Shown: positions 8,807-18,187 of the stretch, one piece after another | Layout of the letters: each line of letters begins with the position of its first letter | Position numbering within the stretch: position 1 is the first letter of the stretch | Position numbers and translations under genes: made by a program | The notes under the pieces: generated by a model | Database searches by the model: none | Seen by the model: only the letters and a program-made list of their open reading frames with translations | What the model was told of the DNA's origin: nothing | Assembly (NCBI GenBank): GCA_902771095.1 | Contig: CACXVH010000005.1 | Location: 8,085-72,084 of the forward strand | Reading direction: 5' to 3' | DNA length: 64,000 nucleotides | Source of the DNA: an uncultured Pseudomonadota bacterium | GTDB taxonomy: Bacteria > Pseudomonadota > Alphaproteobacteria > Rs-D84

Positions 8807-9486
8807 CTTTTTGTATTATCTCCAATATTAATTACACGAAACCTGAATAGCCCAGCAGGATTTCTGCCAGATTCCAAATATTTCCGGATGTCGTATTTTT
8901 TTCCATCAATGGTTTCGCGTAAGCCAGGTTCAAATTCAATTTCTAGATACAAAGTCCCTTGGTCATAAATTGCTTCTGTTTCTGGGGTATTAGAATCTGC
9001 CCAAGTTGATGTATAATAACGCACTTTGTAATATATACTCTGGTTTCTATTAGAATTTTGCCGTTTTTCTTCAGGTCTGTTATACATCGCGATGCCGTCA
9101 TCGTGCACACGCGCAATACGGAACATATTTTTTGAAGACATATCTGTAATAGTTTTTGCTTCTGTCTGTTTCCAGTAATTAAAAGCATTTGTGCCTGACA
9201 TTATACGTAATGTCGGTCTTTCAGTGATATTTTTATCACCTGGAATAACCTTAAAGTATTCAGAAACATATTTCTTTATCAATTTATTGCGCAACTCTGT
9301 CGCAGACATATCGTTTAAATTTTGTAATGTCCCAACGCGTTGCCCCGCATTATTAGCAGTTTGAAATATATAAGATTTTATCGAAGAACGTTCGCTGGCC
9401 TGGTATATAAGTGAAGATAACACAATCATGGCCAAAACAGCGATTAACAAAAATATTCCAACAAAAAATCCTTTTAATCTATTCAT
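8803..9486 (-). CDS. N-terminally membrane-anchored periplasmic protein (possibly a VirB8/NTF2-like fold)
   Basis: One TM segment (FFVGIFLLIAVLAMIVLSSLIY) is followed by a soluble domain of about 190 aa. It has 4-nt overlaps with both neighbours. The fold assignment is speculative. Confidence 0.45.
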   Translation of the reverse strand: MNRLKGFFVGIFLLIAVLAMIVLSSLIYQASERSSIKSYIFQTANNAGQRVGTLQNLNDMSATELRNKLIKKYVSEYFKVIPGDKNITERPTLRIMSGTNAFNYWKQTEAKTITDMSSKNMFRIARVHDDGIAMYNRPEEKRQNSNRNQSIYYKVRYYTSTWADSNTPETEAIYDQGTLYLEIEFEPGLRETIDGKKYDIRKYLESGRNPAGLFRFRVINIGDNTKR

Positions 9487-10181
9487 TGTGCAATCCGGTA
9501 TGAATTAAATTGATTTATGTAATATCCAAATGTGGCGGGATATAAATCAATATCTCGCTCAACATCCACGAAAATCAAGACATCAAAATTTCCCATAATT
9601 GAAGAATTTACAACCGCATAAACTTGCCATTTGCTGCTTTTTTCTGAAACTATGTTTGAAGTAATCAACAGCCCTTTGGCTGGTATAGTCCATTTTTCGC
9701 TGGCTTGGGTGACCCTGGCACGATAATTAGGCAAAACTTTTTTAATAAAATCAGCAAACACTGTATCTGCAGATTTACAAGACAATGCACATTTCTTTGT
9801 TGTCGGATTAAACTGAGCAGAATCTTGACATTCTTCGACAGAACATTTTTCCCATATGTTTTCGTTAGTATTCATATCATCGGATATAGTGAACCAATCT
9901 TTAACAAAATCGTGAACCAGTTTTTCTTGGATATATTGATACTGTGGTATCGGTTTTTCTTTTTCGCCAGGGTATGCGATAACATTCCAATCTTCGGTAA
10001 TAGGATTAATTGATATAAGAAATGGAAAATTTTTACGCGCATGGACAAATAACAGTAAAAATCCACATGCTACAACAATAAAGAAAAATACTATTGATAT
10101 CCAAATAGAAACAGTGCGGGTAAAAGCAATCGTTTTGCCCGCAGGAAATGCAGGTATATTAAAATTGTTTGGGTAATCCAA
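9483..10181 (-). CDS. N-terminally membrane-anchored periplasmic protein, Cys-containing; has the same architecture as 8803-9486
   Basis: TM segment VSIWISIVFFFIVVACGFLLLFV is followed by a domain of about 170 aa containing FVKDWFTISDD and a CxxxC-rich segment. Confidence 0.45.
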   Translation of the reverse strand: MDYPNNFNIPAFPAGKTIAFTRTVSIWISIVFFFIVVACGFLLLFVHARKNFPFLISINPITEDWNVIAYPGEKEKPIPQYQYIQEKLVHDFVKDWFTISDDMNTNENIWEKCSVEECQDSAQFNPTTKKCALSCKSADTVFADFIKKVLPNYRARVTQASEKWTIPAKGLLITSNIVSEKSSKWQVYAVVNSSIMGNFDVLIFVDVERDIDLYPATFGYYINQFNSYRIAQ

Positions 10182-10208
10182 TCAATCCCCCCATGTTTCA
10201 ATCAACCC

Positions 10209-10364
10209 TTAGGCCTGGTAAACCAAGATACAGGCACACGGACTTAATTTCAATTCGTTATTGTCATAACCAATGCTGACCGGTTCGCTGTCGTAAATTT
10301 GACCGCAACCTGATAATCCAAAGCCAACAATCGCCAATGTCAGAATTATTAAAAGTTTTTTCAT
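10209..10364 (-). CDS. small lipoprotein
   Basis: MKKLLIILTLAIVGFGLSGC carries a lipobox. RBS AAAGGAGAA lies upstream of ATG 10364. Confidence 0.45.
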   Translation of the reverse strand: MKKLLIILTLAIVGFGLSGCGQIYDSEPVSIGYDNNELKLSPCACILVYQA

Positions 10365-10429
10365 GTGTTCTCCTTTTCCTTTTCTTAAATTATAAGAAAT
10401 ATCCATCCCCCGCGTCAAGACAAAACAAT

Positions 10430-12709
10430 CTAGAATTGTGTTGCAAACGACAACAAGAATCGTCTTTCATCATCATATTTATTGACTTTTAATGGCCATC
10501 CCCAAGAGAAGTTCATTGGTCCCATTGGTGTGTTCCAATAAATACCAACACCAACAGATGTGCGCCAATCTTCGTCAATAATGTTTGGTTTGCCTTTGTA
10601 TTCATATTCTCTGCGTGGAGGTTTACCCAAAATTCCATAATCCATAAATACAAACCCCTTTATTTGATATTCATCAGGAATAAATATTGGGAAATTGATT
10701 TGGGTTGAACCATTTGCTTTCCATAATCCGCCCAAAGAATAACTTCTGTAAAACCAATTGCGCGAACCAACACCAGCAACATCAAATCCGCGTAAAGATT
10801 CACCGCCCAAGAAATAACGATAAACACGTGGAATATAATTATCGCTTTCCAAAGATTGTAAATATCCAAATTCCCATCCTGTGCGGAATTGCCATCTGTC
10901 ATCAAAGAATTTCCAAAGCGCGGTAATATCAGCACTGTATCGCATAAATGTATTTGTTCCGCCAAATCCAGTATATGCAACCCCCAAATCGCCAACGATA
11001 CCAGTATGAGTGTTTTGTTGGAAATTAGTGTTCAAATTATAATAACGCAAATTTGTGCCAAGTGTATAAAGGTCTGCCTTGCGCCAACCGCCCAGTTGTA
11101 AATCATAGTTTTGATCAAACGAAGCAGATAATCGCATTGTTTGCGTCCAATGGTCTGTTAATCGCCAGCCCAATCTTCCTGCAACGACAAAAGAATCGCG
11201 GTCGTATCCATATCCACCCAATTTAGAATATTTGTATTCTGTATAAGATATATCAAAACCACCAGACAGTTCGCGATTGAAAAGATATGGTTCTGTAAAA
11301 CTGAATAATGCCTGACGTTGATATTGTGCTATGGAACCTTTTAATTGAACAACTTGACCGCGCCCCATAAAATTATTTTCAGTGATTCCTGCATCAACCA
11401 TAAAACCGTTGATTGTAGACCATCCAAATCCGCCAGACAATTCGCCTGTGGGTTGTTCTTCAACCTTGACATCCAAATTCATCATATTGGCATCGGCCAG
11501 TCGTGTCGGAACCATTTGAACATCTTTGAAATAACGGGTGTGCATCAAATTTTGACGACCTGTTTCAATCGTTTGTAATGAAAAAGGATCACCTTCGCGC
11601 ATGGGTAAATGATGTTCGATAACATTATCAAAAGTCCGCACATTGCCCAATAAATTGATGTTATTGATATAAATTCGATTTGTTTTTTGAATCTTGAAAT
11701 TCATATCGACTGTGCGCGAATCTTCGTGTTTTGTTGGAATTGTTTCAACACTGATAAAAGCATAACCATGGTCTGCGACCTTGCTGCGTAAGGCATTCAT
11801 TGTGGCTTCGATTTCATCAATGTTATAAACATCTTTTTTTGATATTGTTAACGCTTTGGTTAATTCTTTATCTGGGACATCAGGGAAAGGATTATCAATT
11901 GTGACATTCCCGATTTTATATTGGTTACCTTCGTCCACAGTATATTTCACAGAATAATATTCACGATTTTGAGAAAATTCCCCCTTGGCATCTGTCACGC
12001 GAAAATCAAGGAATCCATTTCGTAAATAAAATTGCTGTAACAATTGTTGATCGTATTGAATTCTGTCTTCGTCATAAACATCAAACTGGGTCATAAAGCG
12101 CCACCAAGCATGTTCGCGCGATAATATCTCGCCACGCAAAGTGCGTGAACGGAATTTTTTGTTGTTTTCAAAATCAATATCTTTGATATAGGTTGGATGA
12201 CCTTCTTTGATTTCATAGACGATATTTACACGATTATTGTCCAAATCGATTTTTTTTGGATTAACCTTTGTTCCAAAAAAGCCCTTGCGTTGATACAGTG
12301 TCAATATGCGTTGAACATCCGCGCCAATTACAGATTTATCATATGAAGTGCGTTCTTTGGTTTTTATTTCTTTTTTCAAATCATCAGTATCAATTTCATC
12401 ATTACCTTCAACAGTCACCATATTGATAACAGGTGATTCATCAACTTTGATTTTTAAAACACTGCCGTCAAGGAAGGCATTTACTGATGAAAAATATCCA
12501 CTGGTTTGTAATTTTTTTGCTATTTCATTAACTGTTTCTGAATTTACATTATCGCCCACCTTGACATCAGATAAAATACGAACAGATTCTGCATCCATAC
12601 GTTGTGTCCCAGTGACATCAATGCGCGACAATACTGTTGCACAACAAGCATCAGTATAAACAATACCACAAACAGATAACAAACAATATGTTGATATACG
12701 ATGTTTCAT
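10430..12709 (-). CDS. bamA: outer membrane protein assembly factor BamA (Omp85)
   Basis: POTRA repeats (IDVTGTQR..., VEGNDEI...) are followed by a C-terminal beta-barrel ending ...FLLSFATQF. The gene sits downstream of rseP as in other proteobacteria. Confidence 0.9.
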   Translation of the reverse strand: MKHRISTYCLLSVCGIVYTDACCATVLSRIDVTGTQRMDAESVRILSDVKVGDNVNSETVNEIAKKLQTSGYFSSVNAFLDGSVLKIKVDESPVINMVTVEGNDEIDTDDLKKEIKTKERTSYDKSVIGADVQRILTLYQRKGFFGTKVNPKKIDLDNNRVNIVYEIKEGHPTYIKDIDFENNKKFRSRTLRGEILSREHAWWRFMTQFDVYDEDRIQYDQQLLQQFYLRNGFLDFRVTDAKGEFSQNREYYSVKYTVDEGNQYKIGNVTIDNPFPDVPDKELTKALTISKKDVYNIDEIEATMNALRSKVADHGYAFISVETIPTKHEDSRTVDMNFKIQKTNRIYINNINLLGNVRTFDNVIEHHLPMREGDPFSLQTIETGRQNLMHTRYFKDVQMVPTRLADANMMNLDVKVEEQPTGELSGGFGWSTINGFMVDAGITENNFMGRGQVVQLKGSIAQYQRQALFSFTEPYLFNRELSGGFDISYTEYKYSKLGGYGYDRDSFVVAGRLGWRLTDHWTQTMRLSASFDQNYDLQLGGWRKADLYTLGTNLRYYNLNTNFQQNTHTGIVGDLGVAYTGFGGTNTFMRYSADITALWKFFDDRWQFRTGWEFGYLQSLESDNYIPRVYRYFLGGESLRGFDVAGVGSRNWFYRSYSLGGLWKANGSTQINFPIFIPDEYQIKGFVFMDYGILGKPPRREYEYKGKPNIIDEDWRTSVGVGIYWNTPMGPMNFSWGWPLKVNKYDDERRFLLSFATQF

Positions 12710-12710
12710 T

Positions 12711-12959
12711 TTATCTTGCTCTTTTGGTAAGATTAACACAATATCTGGCTCTTTTTACGAGGGCTGTATAATATCTTAAATCTTGTTTTTCGTGATATTC
12801 TTCCAATGCTGCATCAACATTTGTATTTTTGTCTACGAACATAACAACATCATTAAGCACAGCCATAACCGTGCATTTGTTATCTTTTGATTTTTGAATT
12901 GCACAAACCAAAGCTTCTTTGATTGTCAACCCAGCAACAGGAATATATGTAATAACCAT
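12711..12959 (-). CDS. hypothetical small protein
   Basis: 82-aa ORF that exactly fills the rseP-bamA gap. No recognisable motif. Confidence 0.35.
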   Translation of the reverse strand: MVITYIPVAGLTIKEALVCAIQKSKDNKCTVMAVLNDVVMFVDKNTNVDAALEEYHEKQDLRYYTALVKRARYCVNLTKRAR

Positions 12960-12971
12960 GACTTATCCTTT

Positions 12972-14030
12972 CTAATTCCACCCAAACACGCGTGCAATAT
13001 CATTCCACATAGTAAAAGCGAACAATAATGCAATTAAAATCCATCCAACCAATATCGTAATTTCCATTGCTTTGCCACCCAATTTGCGACGAGTTATTGC
13101 TTCTATAATTAAAATGAGCAAATATCCACCATCAAGAACAGGCAATGGCAACAGATTGATTACACCCAAATTCACAGAAAGCAGGGCGATTATTGATAAA
13201 AACACAAAGAACCCGGCCTCTAATGCATGTCCAGAAACTTGGGCAATCGTGATAAATGACCCCAATTGTTTTGAAGAGCGTTCGCCAGTGATGATTTGTT
13301 TTAACACTATTAACAAAGTTTTTGATTGATGATATGTTTCGCGTAATCCAGAATATACTGCACCGAAAAATCCTTTCTTGCGGAACATAGTTTTGCTGCC
13401 GTCTGCAATCAAGCCCCATCTTTCTGCTGGTTGCAAAGTAACGCGAATTAACTTATCTTTACGCGCCAATAAAACATTTGCATCGTGTTTATCAGCCAAT
13501 TCTTTTGCGATAATCAATTCGCCCCAGTTTTCAATATTTGCATTATCTATTTTCATTATAACATCGCCAGCACGCACCCCTGCATTGAACGCGACGCTGT
13601 CGCGAACAACTTGACCGACCACTGGTAATTGAACCGTGCGCGGACGAAACATAAAATCAGTAGAATAAATCACCCATGCCAACATAAAGTTCATAAATAC
13701 CCCGGCCGCAATAATTATAAACTGTTTCCACGCAGGCACAGATAAATAATGTCCAATCTTTTTTTGTTTTGGTAATTCTTGATATTTTTTGCGGTTGAAC
13801 ATGTCTTCTTGACCGTATATGGAAACATATCCACCCAAAGGCAGACAGCATAACTTCCATACAGTATTATGTTTGTCGTGCCATTTTAAAAGTGCAGGTC
13901 CAAACCCAATAGAAAAAGCATCAACACGCACACCTGCCCAACGCGCAGCCATAAAATGACCCCATTCGTGGACAAAGACCACAATCCCCAGAACTATTAA
14001 CAAAGCGACTATCGTTAAAAGTGTATGCAT
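12972..14030 (-). CDS. rseP: RIP zinc metalloprotease RseP
   Basis: HEWGHF zinc motif in TM1, a PDZ-like segment (GVRAGDVIMKIDN) and the C-terminal LPLPVLDGG motif. Confidence 0.85.
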   Translation of the reverse strand: MHTLLTIVALLIVLGIVVFVHEWGHFMAARWAGVRVDAFSIGFGPALLKWHDKHNTVWKLCCLPLGGYVSIYGQEDMFNRKKYQELPKQKKIGHYLSVPAWKQFIIIAAGVFMNFMLAWVIYSTDFMFRPRTVQLPVVGQVVRDSVAFNAGVRAGDVIMKIDNANIENWGELIIAKELADKHDANVLLARKDKLIRVTLQPAERWGLIADGSKTMFRKKGFFGAVYSGLRETYHQSKTLLIVLKQIITGERSSKQLGSFITIAQVSGHALEAGFFVFLSIIALLSVNLGVINLLPLPVLDGGYLLILIIEAITRRKLGGKAMEITILVGWILIALLFAFTMWNDIARVFGWN

Positions 14031-14052
14031 GTTTTATCCTTTAATCCTTTAT

Positions 14053-14721
14053 TTAAATGAAAAACCAAATAAAAGGCAATACATAAATCCAACCATCAAA
14101 TCTGTCAAGTATTCCGCCATGTCCGGGTAATATATTGCTGAAATCTTTTATACCGAAACATCTTTTGATGAAACTGGCTGTTAAGTCACCATATTGAGAA
14201 AGCAGGGCGATTGTGCAACCAAACAAAACAGCAAACAAAGCGTCTTCGCCAAATGGTTTAAAATAAAGGAAAAATATCACAGACATAGCCGTTCCGCAAA
14301 GAATACCACCAATTTGCCCAGACCATGTTTTGTGCGCAGATAACCTTTCCCACATTTTGTCGCCACCGAATATCAGCCCAAAAAGCCATCCACCAACATC
14401 TGCGCCAACGATGATTAGCAACAACCACAACATAATCCACGGATGGGCGCCGACAAAATAAGCAGAAACAAGCATCAAAAATAACATCAATGTAAATATT
14501 ATGAAATATCCAGCATGCTTGTTAAACACATCTGAATTGACAGATTTTAAACATTTAAACATTTCATAGATTGTACCGATTGCGATTATAACACTTACCC
14601 AGCGAACGATGTGCCATGCTGGGAACCACGATTGCAATGCAATCACACCAACAAGCGCCAGTATCATTACCCCGGCAGATATAAACCGCAAAACACTATT
14701 AGATAATTCATTAGTTTTCAT
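14053..14721 (-). CDS. cdsA: phosphatidate cytidylyltransferase CdsA
   Basis: Polytopic protein with the C-terminal signature KRCFGIKDFSNILPGHGGILDRFD. Its ATG overlaps the uppS TGA (ATGA). Confidence 0.8.
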   Translation of the reverse strand: MKTNELSNSVLRFISAGVMILALVGVIALQSWFPAWHIVRWVSVIIAIGTIYEMFKCLKSVNSDVFNKHAGYFIIFTLMLFLMLVSAYFVGAHPWIMLWLLLIIVGADVGGWLFGLIFGGDKMWERLSAHKTWSGQIGGILCGTAMSVIFFLYFKPFGEDALFAVLFGCTIALLSQYGDLTASFIKRCFGIKDFSNILPGHGGILDRFDGWIYVLPFIWFFI

Positions 14722-15473
14722 TTTTTCTTCCCTAAATAGTTTTTCTTTTTTCCACCACCAAAACGACGATCGCGTTTTTGGTATTCGTTTAATACATGTT
14801 GCCATAATTTTTCAGATTTAACCAATTCTGGCCAATGTTCTGGTATAAACAACAATTCTGCATATGCTAATTTCCAAAGCAGGAAATTAGATATTCTATT
14901 TTCATTGCTTGTGCGAACCATCAAATCAATCGGTAATAAATCGCCCGTATCCATATATGTTTCAAATGTTTCTTTGTCCACAGGTTTGCCATCTTTGATT
15001 GCAGCATTCACAGCACGAATAATTTCATCTTGTCCGCCATAATTCAGCGCAAAAACAACCGTTCCGTTTGTGTTTTCTGCGGACTTTTCTTCCAATTCAT
15101 CACAAAGTTTTGCCAATTTTTTTGGTAATCTTTCGCGTGAACCAATAACACGATAACGCAAATTCTTTTCCATCGCGTTCTTCATATTTTTACTTAATTC
15201 GCTGTAAAACAAATCCATCAAAAAATTAACTTCTTCCTCACTGCGATTCCAGTTTTCTGTGGAAAAAATAAAGAAAGTAACTGTTGATACACCGCGTTTC
15301 ATAAACCAGTCAACCAAGTTTTCAAAATTGGATATGCCTGCACGATGTCCTTCTAATGGTGGCAGACCGTGATTTTCAGCCCACCTGCGATTTCCATCGC
15401 AAATAAAAGCGATATGTTGCGGAATTTTTGTTGAATTAGTTTCATTTTTTTGTTTTTTTAAAAATTTGAACAT
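14718..15473 (-). CDS. uppS: di-trans,poly-cis-undecaprenyl-diphosphate synthase UppS
   Basis: HIAFICDGNRRWA, TFFIFSTENWNR and RTSNENRISNFLLWKLAYAEL. Confidence 0.9.
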   Translation of the reverse strand: MFKFLKKQKNETNSTKIPQHIAFICDGNRRWAENHGLPPLEGHRAGISNFENLVDWFMKRGVSTVTFFIFSTENWNRSEEEVNFLMDLFYSELSKNMKNAMEKNLRYRVIGSRERLPKKLAKLCDELEEKSAENTNGTVVFALNYGGQDEIIRAVNAAIKDGKPVDKETFETYMDTGDLLPIDLMVRTSNENRISNFLLWKLAYAELLFIPEHWPELVKSEKLWQHVLNEYQKRDRRFGGGKKKNYLGKKK

Positions 15474-15517
15474 TTGTGCCACCTTTTTATATAAAATGTT
15501 AAGTTTTATATTGTAAT

Positions 15518-16078
15518 TTATACAGACATAATATCTGCTTCTTTTTGTTTAAGCATTGCATCAACTTCTGTTGCGCGTTTGTCGAAAACTTTCTGAATAT
15601 CTTCTTCGTATTTGCGTTGGTCGTCTTCGGATATTTCTTTATCAGTTACTGCGCGCTTGATTTTCGACATAGCATCTTGGCGAATATTACGAATAGATAT
15701 TTTTGCTTCTTCTGCGTATTTTCCGGCGACCTTGGTTAATTCACGTCTGCGTTCTTCTGTCAATGGTGGCAGATTAAGACGAATAACACCACCCGCAGTC
15801 ATTGGGTTTAACCCAAGTCCAGAATCACGAATCGCTTTTTCGACATATGCTGCATTATTTATATCCCAAACTGTCACAGATAATGTTTGATTGTCTGGTG
15901 TAGAAACGGTGGCAACCTGGTTCAATGGGATTTCAGAACCATAAACCGGAACCCGTATCCCATCCAGCAAATGCACGGATGCGCGCCCTGTGCGCAGACC
16001 TGCGAATTCGTTTTGCAAAACTTCCAGTGTCTGAGATGTCTTTTGTTCAACTTCTGATTTTAATGATGTATAATCCAT
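15518..16078 (-). CDS. frr: ribosome recycling factor
   Basis: LQNEFAGLRTGRASVHLLDGIRVPVYG...LNPMTAGGVIRLNLPPLTEERRRELTK. AAGGAG lies 6 nt upstream of ATG 16078. Confidence 0.9.
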   Translation of the reverse strand: MDYTSLKSEVEQKTSQTLEVLQNEFAGLRTGRASVHLLDGIRVPVYGSEIPLNQVATVSTPDNQTLSVTVWDINNAAYVEKAIRDSGLGLNPMTAGGVIRLNLPPLTEERRRELTKVAGKYAEEAKISIRNIRQDAMSKIKRAVTDKEISEDDQRKYEEDIQKVFDKRATEVDAMLKQKEADIMSV

Positions 16079-16169
16079 AAAAAACTCCTTCAAAAAATAT
16101 ACCTTAAGTAAAAGATTAGCAAAATGATTTGACTTTTGGCAAGAAGAAATATAAAATACCCTTTCGCAT

Positions 16170-16245
16170 GGGGTTGTAGCTCAGTTGGTAGAGCACTTGC
16201 ATGGCATGCAAGGGGTCGTCAGTTCGAGTCTGATCAGCTCCACCA
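16170..16245 (+). tRNA. tRNA-Ala (anticodon GGC), CCA encoded
   Basis: Hand-folded cloverleaf GGGGTTG/CAGCTCC with the G3:U70 pair, D-arm GCTCAGTTGGTAGAGC, anticodon loop AT-GGC-AT and T-arm GTCAGTTCGAGTCTGAT. Confidence 0.9.
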
Positions 16246-16344
16246 CCGATTTTCACCGCTGCAAAGCGAGGGCTGAAAATCGAGTGTCCACCGAAGCCTT
16301 TGGCGAAGGCGGACAAAAAATAGGGTTAAGTCCCAAAAAGTTAT

Positions 16345-16422
16345 GGCGGGTGTAGCTCAGTTGGTTAGAGCGTCGGTTTGTGGTACCGAATGTCGCCAGT
16401 TCGAATCTGGTCACCCGCCCCA
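16345..16422 (+). tRNA. tRNA-His (anticodon GTG) with encoded G-1 and CCA
   Basis: G-1 plus GCGGGTG/CACCCGC, C73, anticodon loop TT-GTG-GT and T-arm GCCAGTTCGAATCTGGT. Confidence 0.9.
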
Positions 16423-16433
16423 TAAATAAAAAA

Positions 16434-16456
16434 CGCACCGAATGGTGCGGTTTTTT
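16434..16456 (+). terminator. rho-independent terminator after the tRNA pair
   Basis: CGCACC-GAAT-GGTGCG stem-loop followed by TTTTTT. Confidence 0.6.
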
Positions 16457-16464
16457 ATTTATTT

Positions 16465-16595
16465 GGTCGGGTCAGATTCGAACTGACGAAAAAGCCAGTC
16501 GACCCGCAGGCGAGAGACAGACGAAAGTATGCCGGTGAGCGAAGCGAACGAGCCAAGGGGAATGGAGCAAAGCGGAATCAATCTGGTCACCCGCC
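16465..16595. repeat. tRNA-derived scar: an inverted tRNA-like T-arm/acceptor fragment at 16465-16489, and a 16-nt direct copy of the tRNA-His 3' end at 16580-16595
   Basis: aatctggtcacccgcc occurs at 16404-16419 (inside tRNA-His) and again at 16580-16595. The reverse complement of 16465-16489 reads cgTCAGTTCGAATCTGAcccgacca. Confidence 0.6.
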
Positions 16596-16686
16596 TTAAG
16601 ATATTTACAAAAAAACTTGACAACACTTTTTTTTGTGTAAAAATTATACCTGTAAAACAACCTTTGAAACAAAAAAAGGATAAAAA

Positions 16687-16980
16687 ATGAACAGAAATAA
16701 ACTGAAAAAAACGGGGAAAGATTTGTGGGAATTGCATCCTGTATTGTTGGCACAGGTGGGTCTTGTTCTGTTGGTTTTACCCCTTTTTGTTCCGATTGAA
16801 GACAACAACAAAGCTATTGCTGTGTTTGTTGCATCAGTGGTATTGATATTGTATGGCTGTGGTTTCGCAGTGGTTGATGAAATACAAAGACTTAAATCGT
16901 TCAGCAACAAAGAAATAGACAGAAAAGTTAAACAAGAATTAGCCAAACGCAAGCAAATGACATTGCAAAATCAACGTTAA
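16687..16980 (+). CDS. small two-TM membrane protein
   Basis: Two hydrophobic helices are followed by a Lys-rich tail. A TTGACA-like box lies upstream at about 16617. Confidence 0.45.
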   Translation: MNRNKLKKTGKDLWELHPVLLAQVGLVLLVLPLFVPIEDNNKAIAVFVASVVLILYGCGFAVVDEIQRLKSFSNKEIDRKVKQELAKRKQMTLQNQR

Positions 16981-16990
16981 AAATAAAAAA

Positions 16991-18187
16991 ATGGCAGATA
17001 AAACAAAAAAGATTGCAACCATTTATACGAAATATGCGCCAAAGAATATAACTTTGGCGGATTTTTCGTATATGATTGAACAAGATTCAAAATTGTTGAA
17101 TGCCATAGGCGGTAAATTTTCTACACGAAACTCAGAATTGGCGCAAATGTTCAAAGCACGTGGCAAAGGAAATGATACAGTTGACAATATTTTACGAAAA
17201 AAACTACATGATTCTATAAGCGAATCTGCAATGGAACAGATTGCCCAAGAACGCGCACAAATATGTACTGATATAATTTGCAATGATGATGAAATGCTAA
17301 AAAAAGCATGGACTTTTGAAGCGTTGACACGAAAACAGCAACAAGATTTTGCAAAAAAAATTATCAAAGGAACAAATGAATATTTCAACATAGAAGACAA
17401 AATCAAAGTTATGGTTGGGCGGCGTTCTTTGGCTACGGCTTTTATTGAAGACGCAATAGATTTTTTAATAAAGGTGCTGAAAGGTAAAAAATATCCTAAA
17501 AAATTGCGCAAGGGCTATTATAACAAATTATTGAAAGAAATAGGTTTGTTAAAATATGAATATTTTCCAGATTTTATTGCGTTGTTAAGTCATGAATATG
17601 GGCATTTCATAGATTACACACATCCAAATTTTGGTATGTTGGGTTCACAGGTTTCTTTTTATGGCAAAGTTGTTTATTCTTCCACAAGTGGTGTGGATGT
17701 ATACATGTTAAACCCGACAGAACGCAGTTCTCATAAAATTGCCTGGATTACAGAAAATCATATGTCCCATGCATTAAGAAATATGATACGCAAGAAACCA
17801 CAACTTTATATAGAATCGATAAAGATATTGGCTGATTATTCAAAGGCAAAAATCAAAACGATGGATTTTAAATATAAAAAATTGTTTAAATCTTTTGAAA
17901 ACGCTAAAAAAGAATATAATTCAGCAAAAGAAAATGCTTTGCAGAAACTTTATCCAAACCAGGACATTTCTAAGTTACCAACAAAAGAATATTTCAGTGT
18001 CCTTAGACAACTGGAACAACAACCAGATGTCGAAATCAAGTATAAAAACATGCGCGAATTGTTTGTTATGTTACCAATAGAATATGAAGATTTAAAATCT
18101 AATCTGGAAAGCTATAATAAAATGCTATATATTTATAATAACGACAGGAAAGGTTTTTACGATTTGATCGCCACAAAAGAATATTAG
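16991..18187 (+). CDS. hypothetical protein with an HExxH zincin-like motif
   Basis: LLSHEYGHFIDYTHPNFG is the only recognisable motif in 398 aa. It lies 10 nt after the preceding ORF. Confidence 0.45.
   Translation: MADKTKKIATIYTKYAPKNITLADFSYMIEQDSKLLNAIGGKFSTRNSELAQMFKARGKGNDTVDNILRKKLHDSISESAMEQIAQERAQICTDIICNDDEMLKKAWTFEALTRKQQQDFAKKIIKGTNEYFNIEDKIKVMVGRRSLATAFIEDAIDFLIKVLKGKKYPKKLRKGYYNKLLKEIGLLKYEYFPDFIALLSHEYGHFIDYTHPNFGMLGSQVSFYGKVVYSSTSGVDVYMLNPTERSSHKIAWITENHMSHALRNMIRKKPQLYIESIKILADYSKAKIKTMDFKYKKLFKSFENAKKEYNSAKENALQKLYPNQDISKLPTKEYFSVLRQLEQQPDVEIKYKNMRELFVMLPIEYEDLKSNLESYNKMLYIYNNDRKGFYDLIATKEY

Noticed and set aside
16465-16597. A possible complete minus-strand tRNA with a long insert, or a second tmRNA-like gene: 5' GGCGGGTG... 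to ...TCAGTTCGAATCTGACCCGACCA 3'.
   Set aside because: No D-arm or anticodon arm can be folded. The acceptor strands mismatch, and no ANDN-type tag ORF is present. The 5' end is simply the reverse complement of the duplicated tRNA-His 3' end. I interpret it as a scar or MITE instead.
16116-16952. Several 60-100-aa ORFs on the minus strand (16116-16316, 16253-16438, 16459-16737, 16472-16753, 16644-16952).
   Set aside because: They overlap the two hand-folded tRNA genes, the terminator, the tRNA-derived scar and the + strand membrane-protein gene. Their composition is low-complexity, so I treat them as shadow ORFs.
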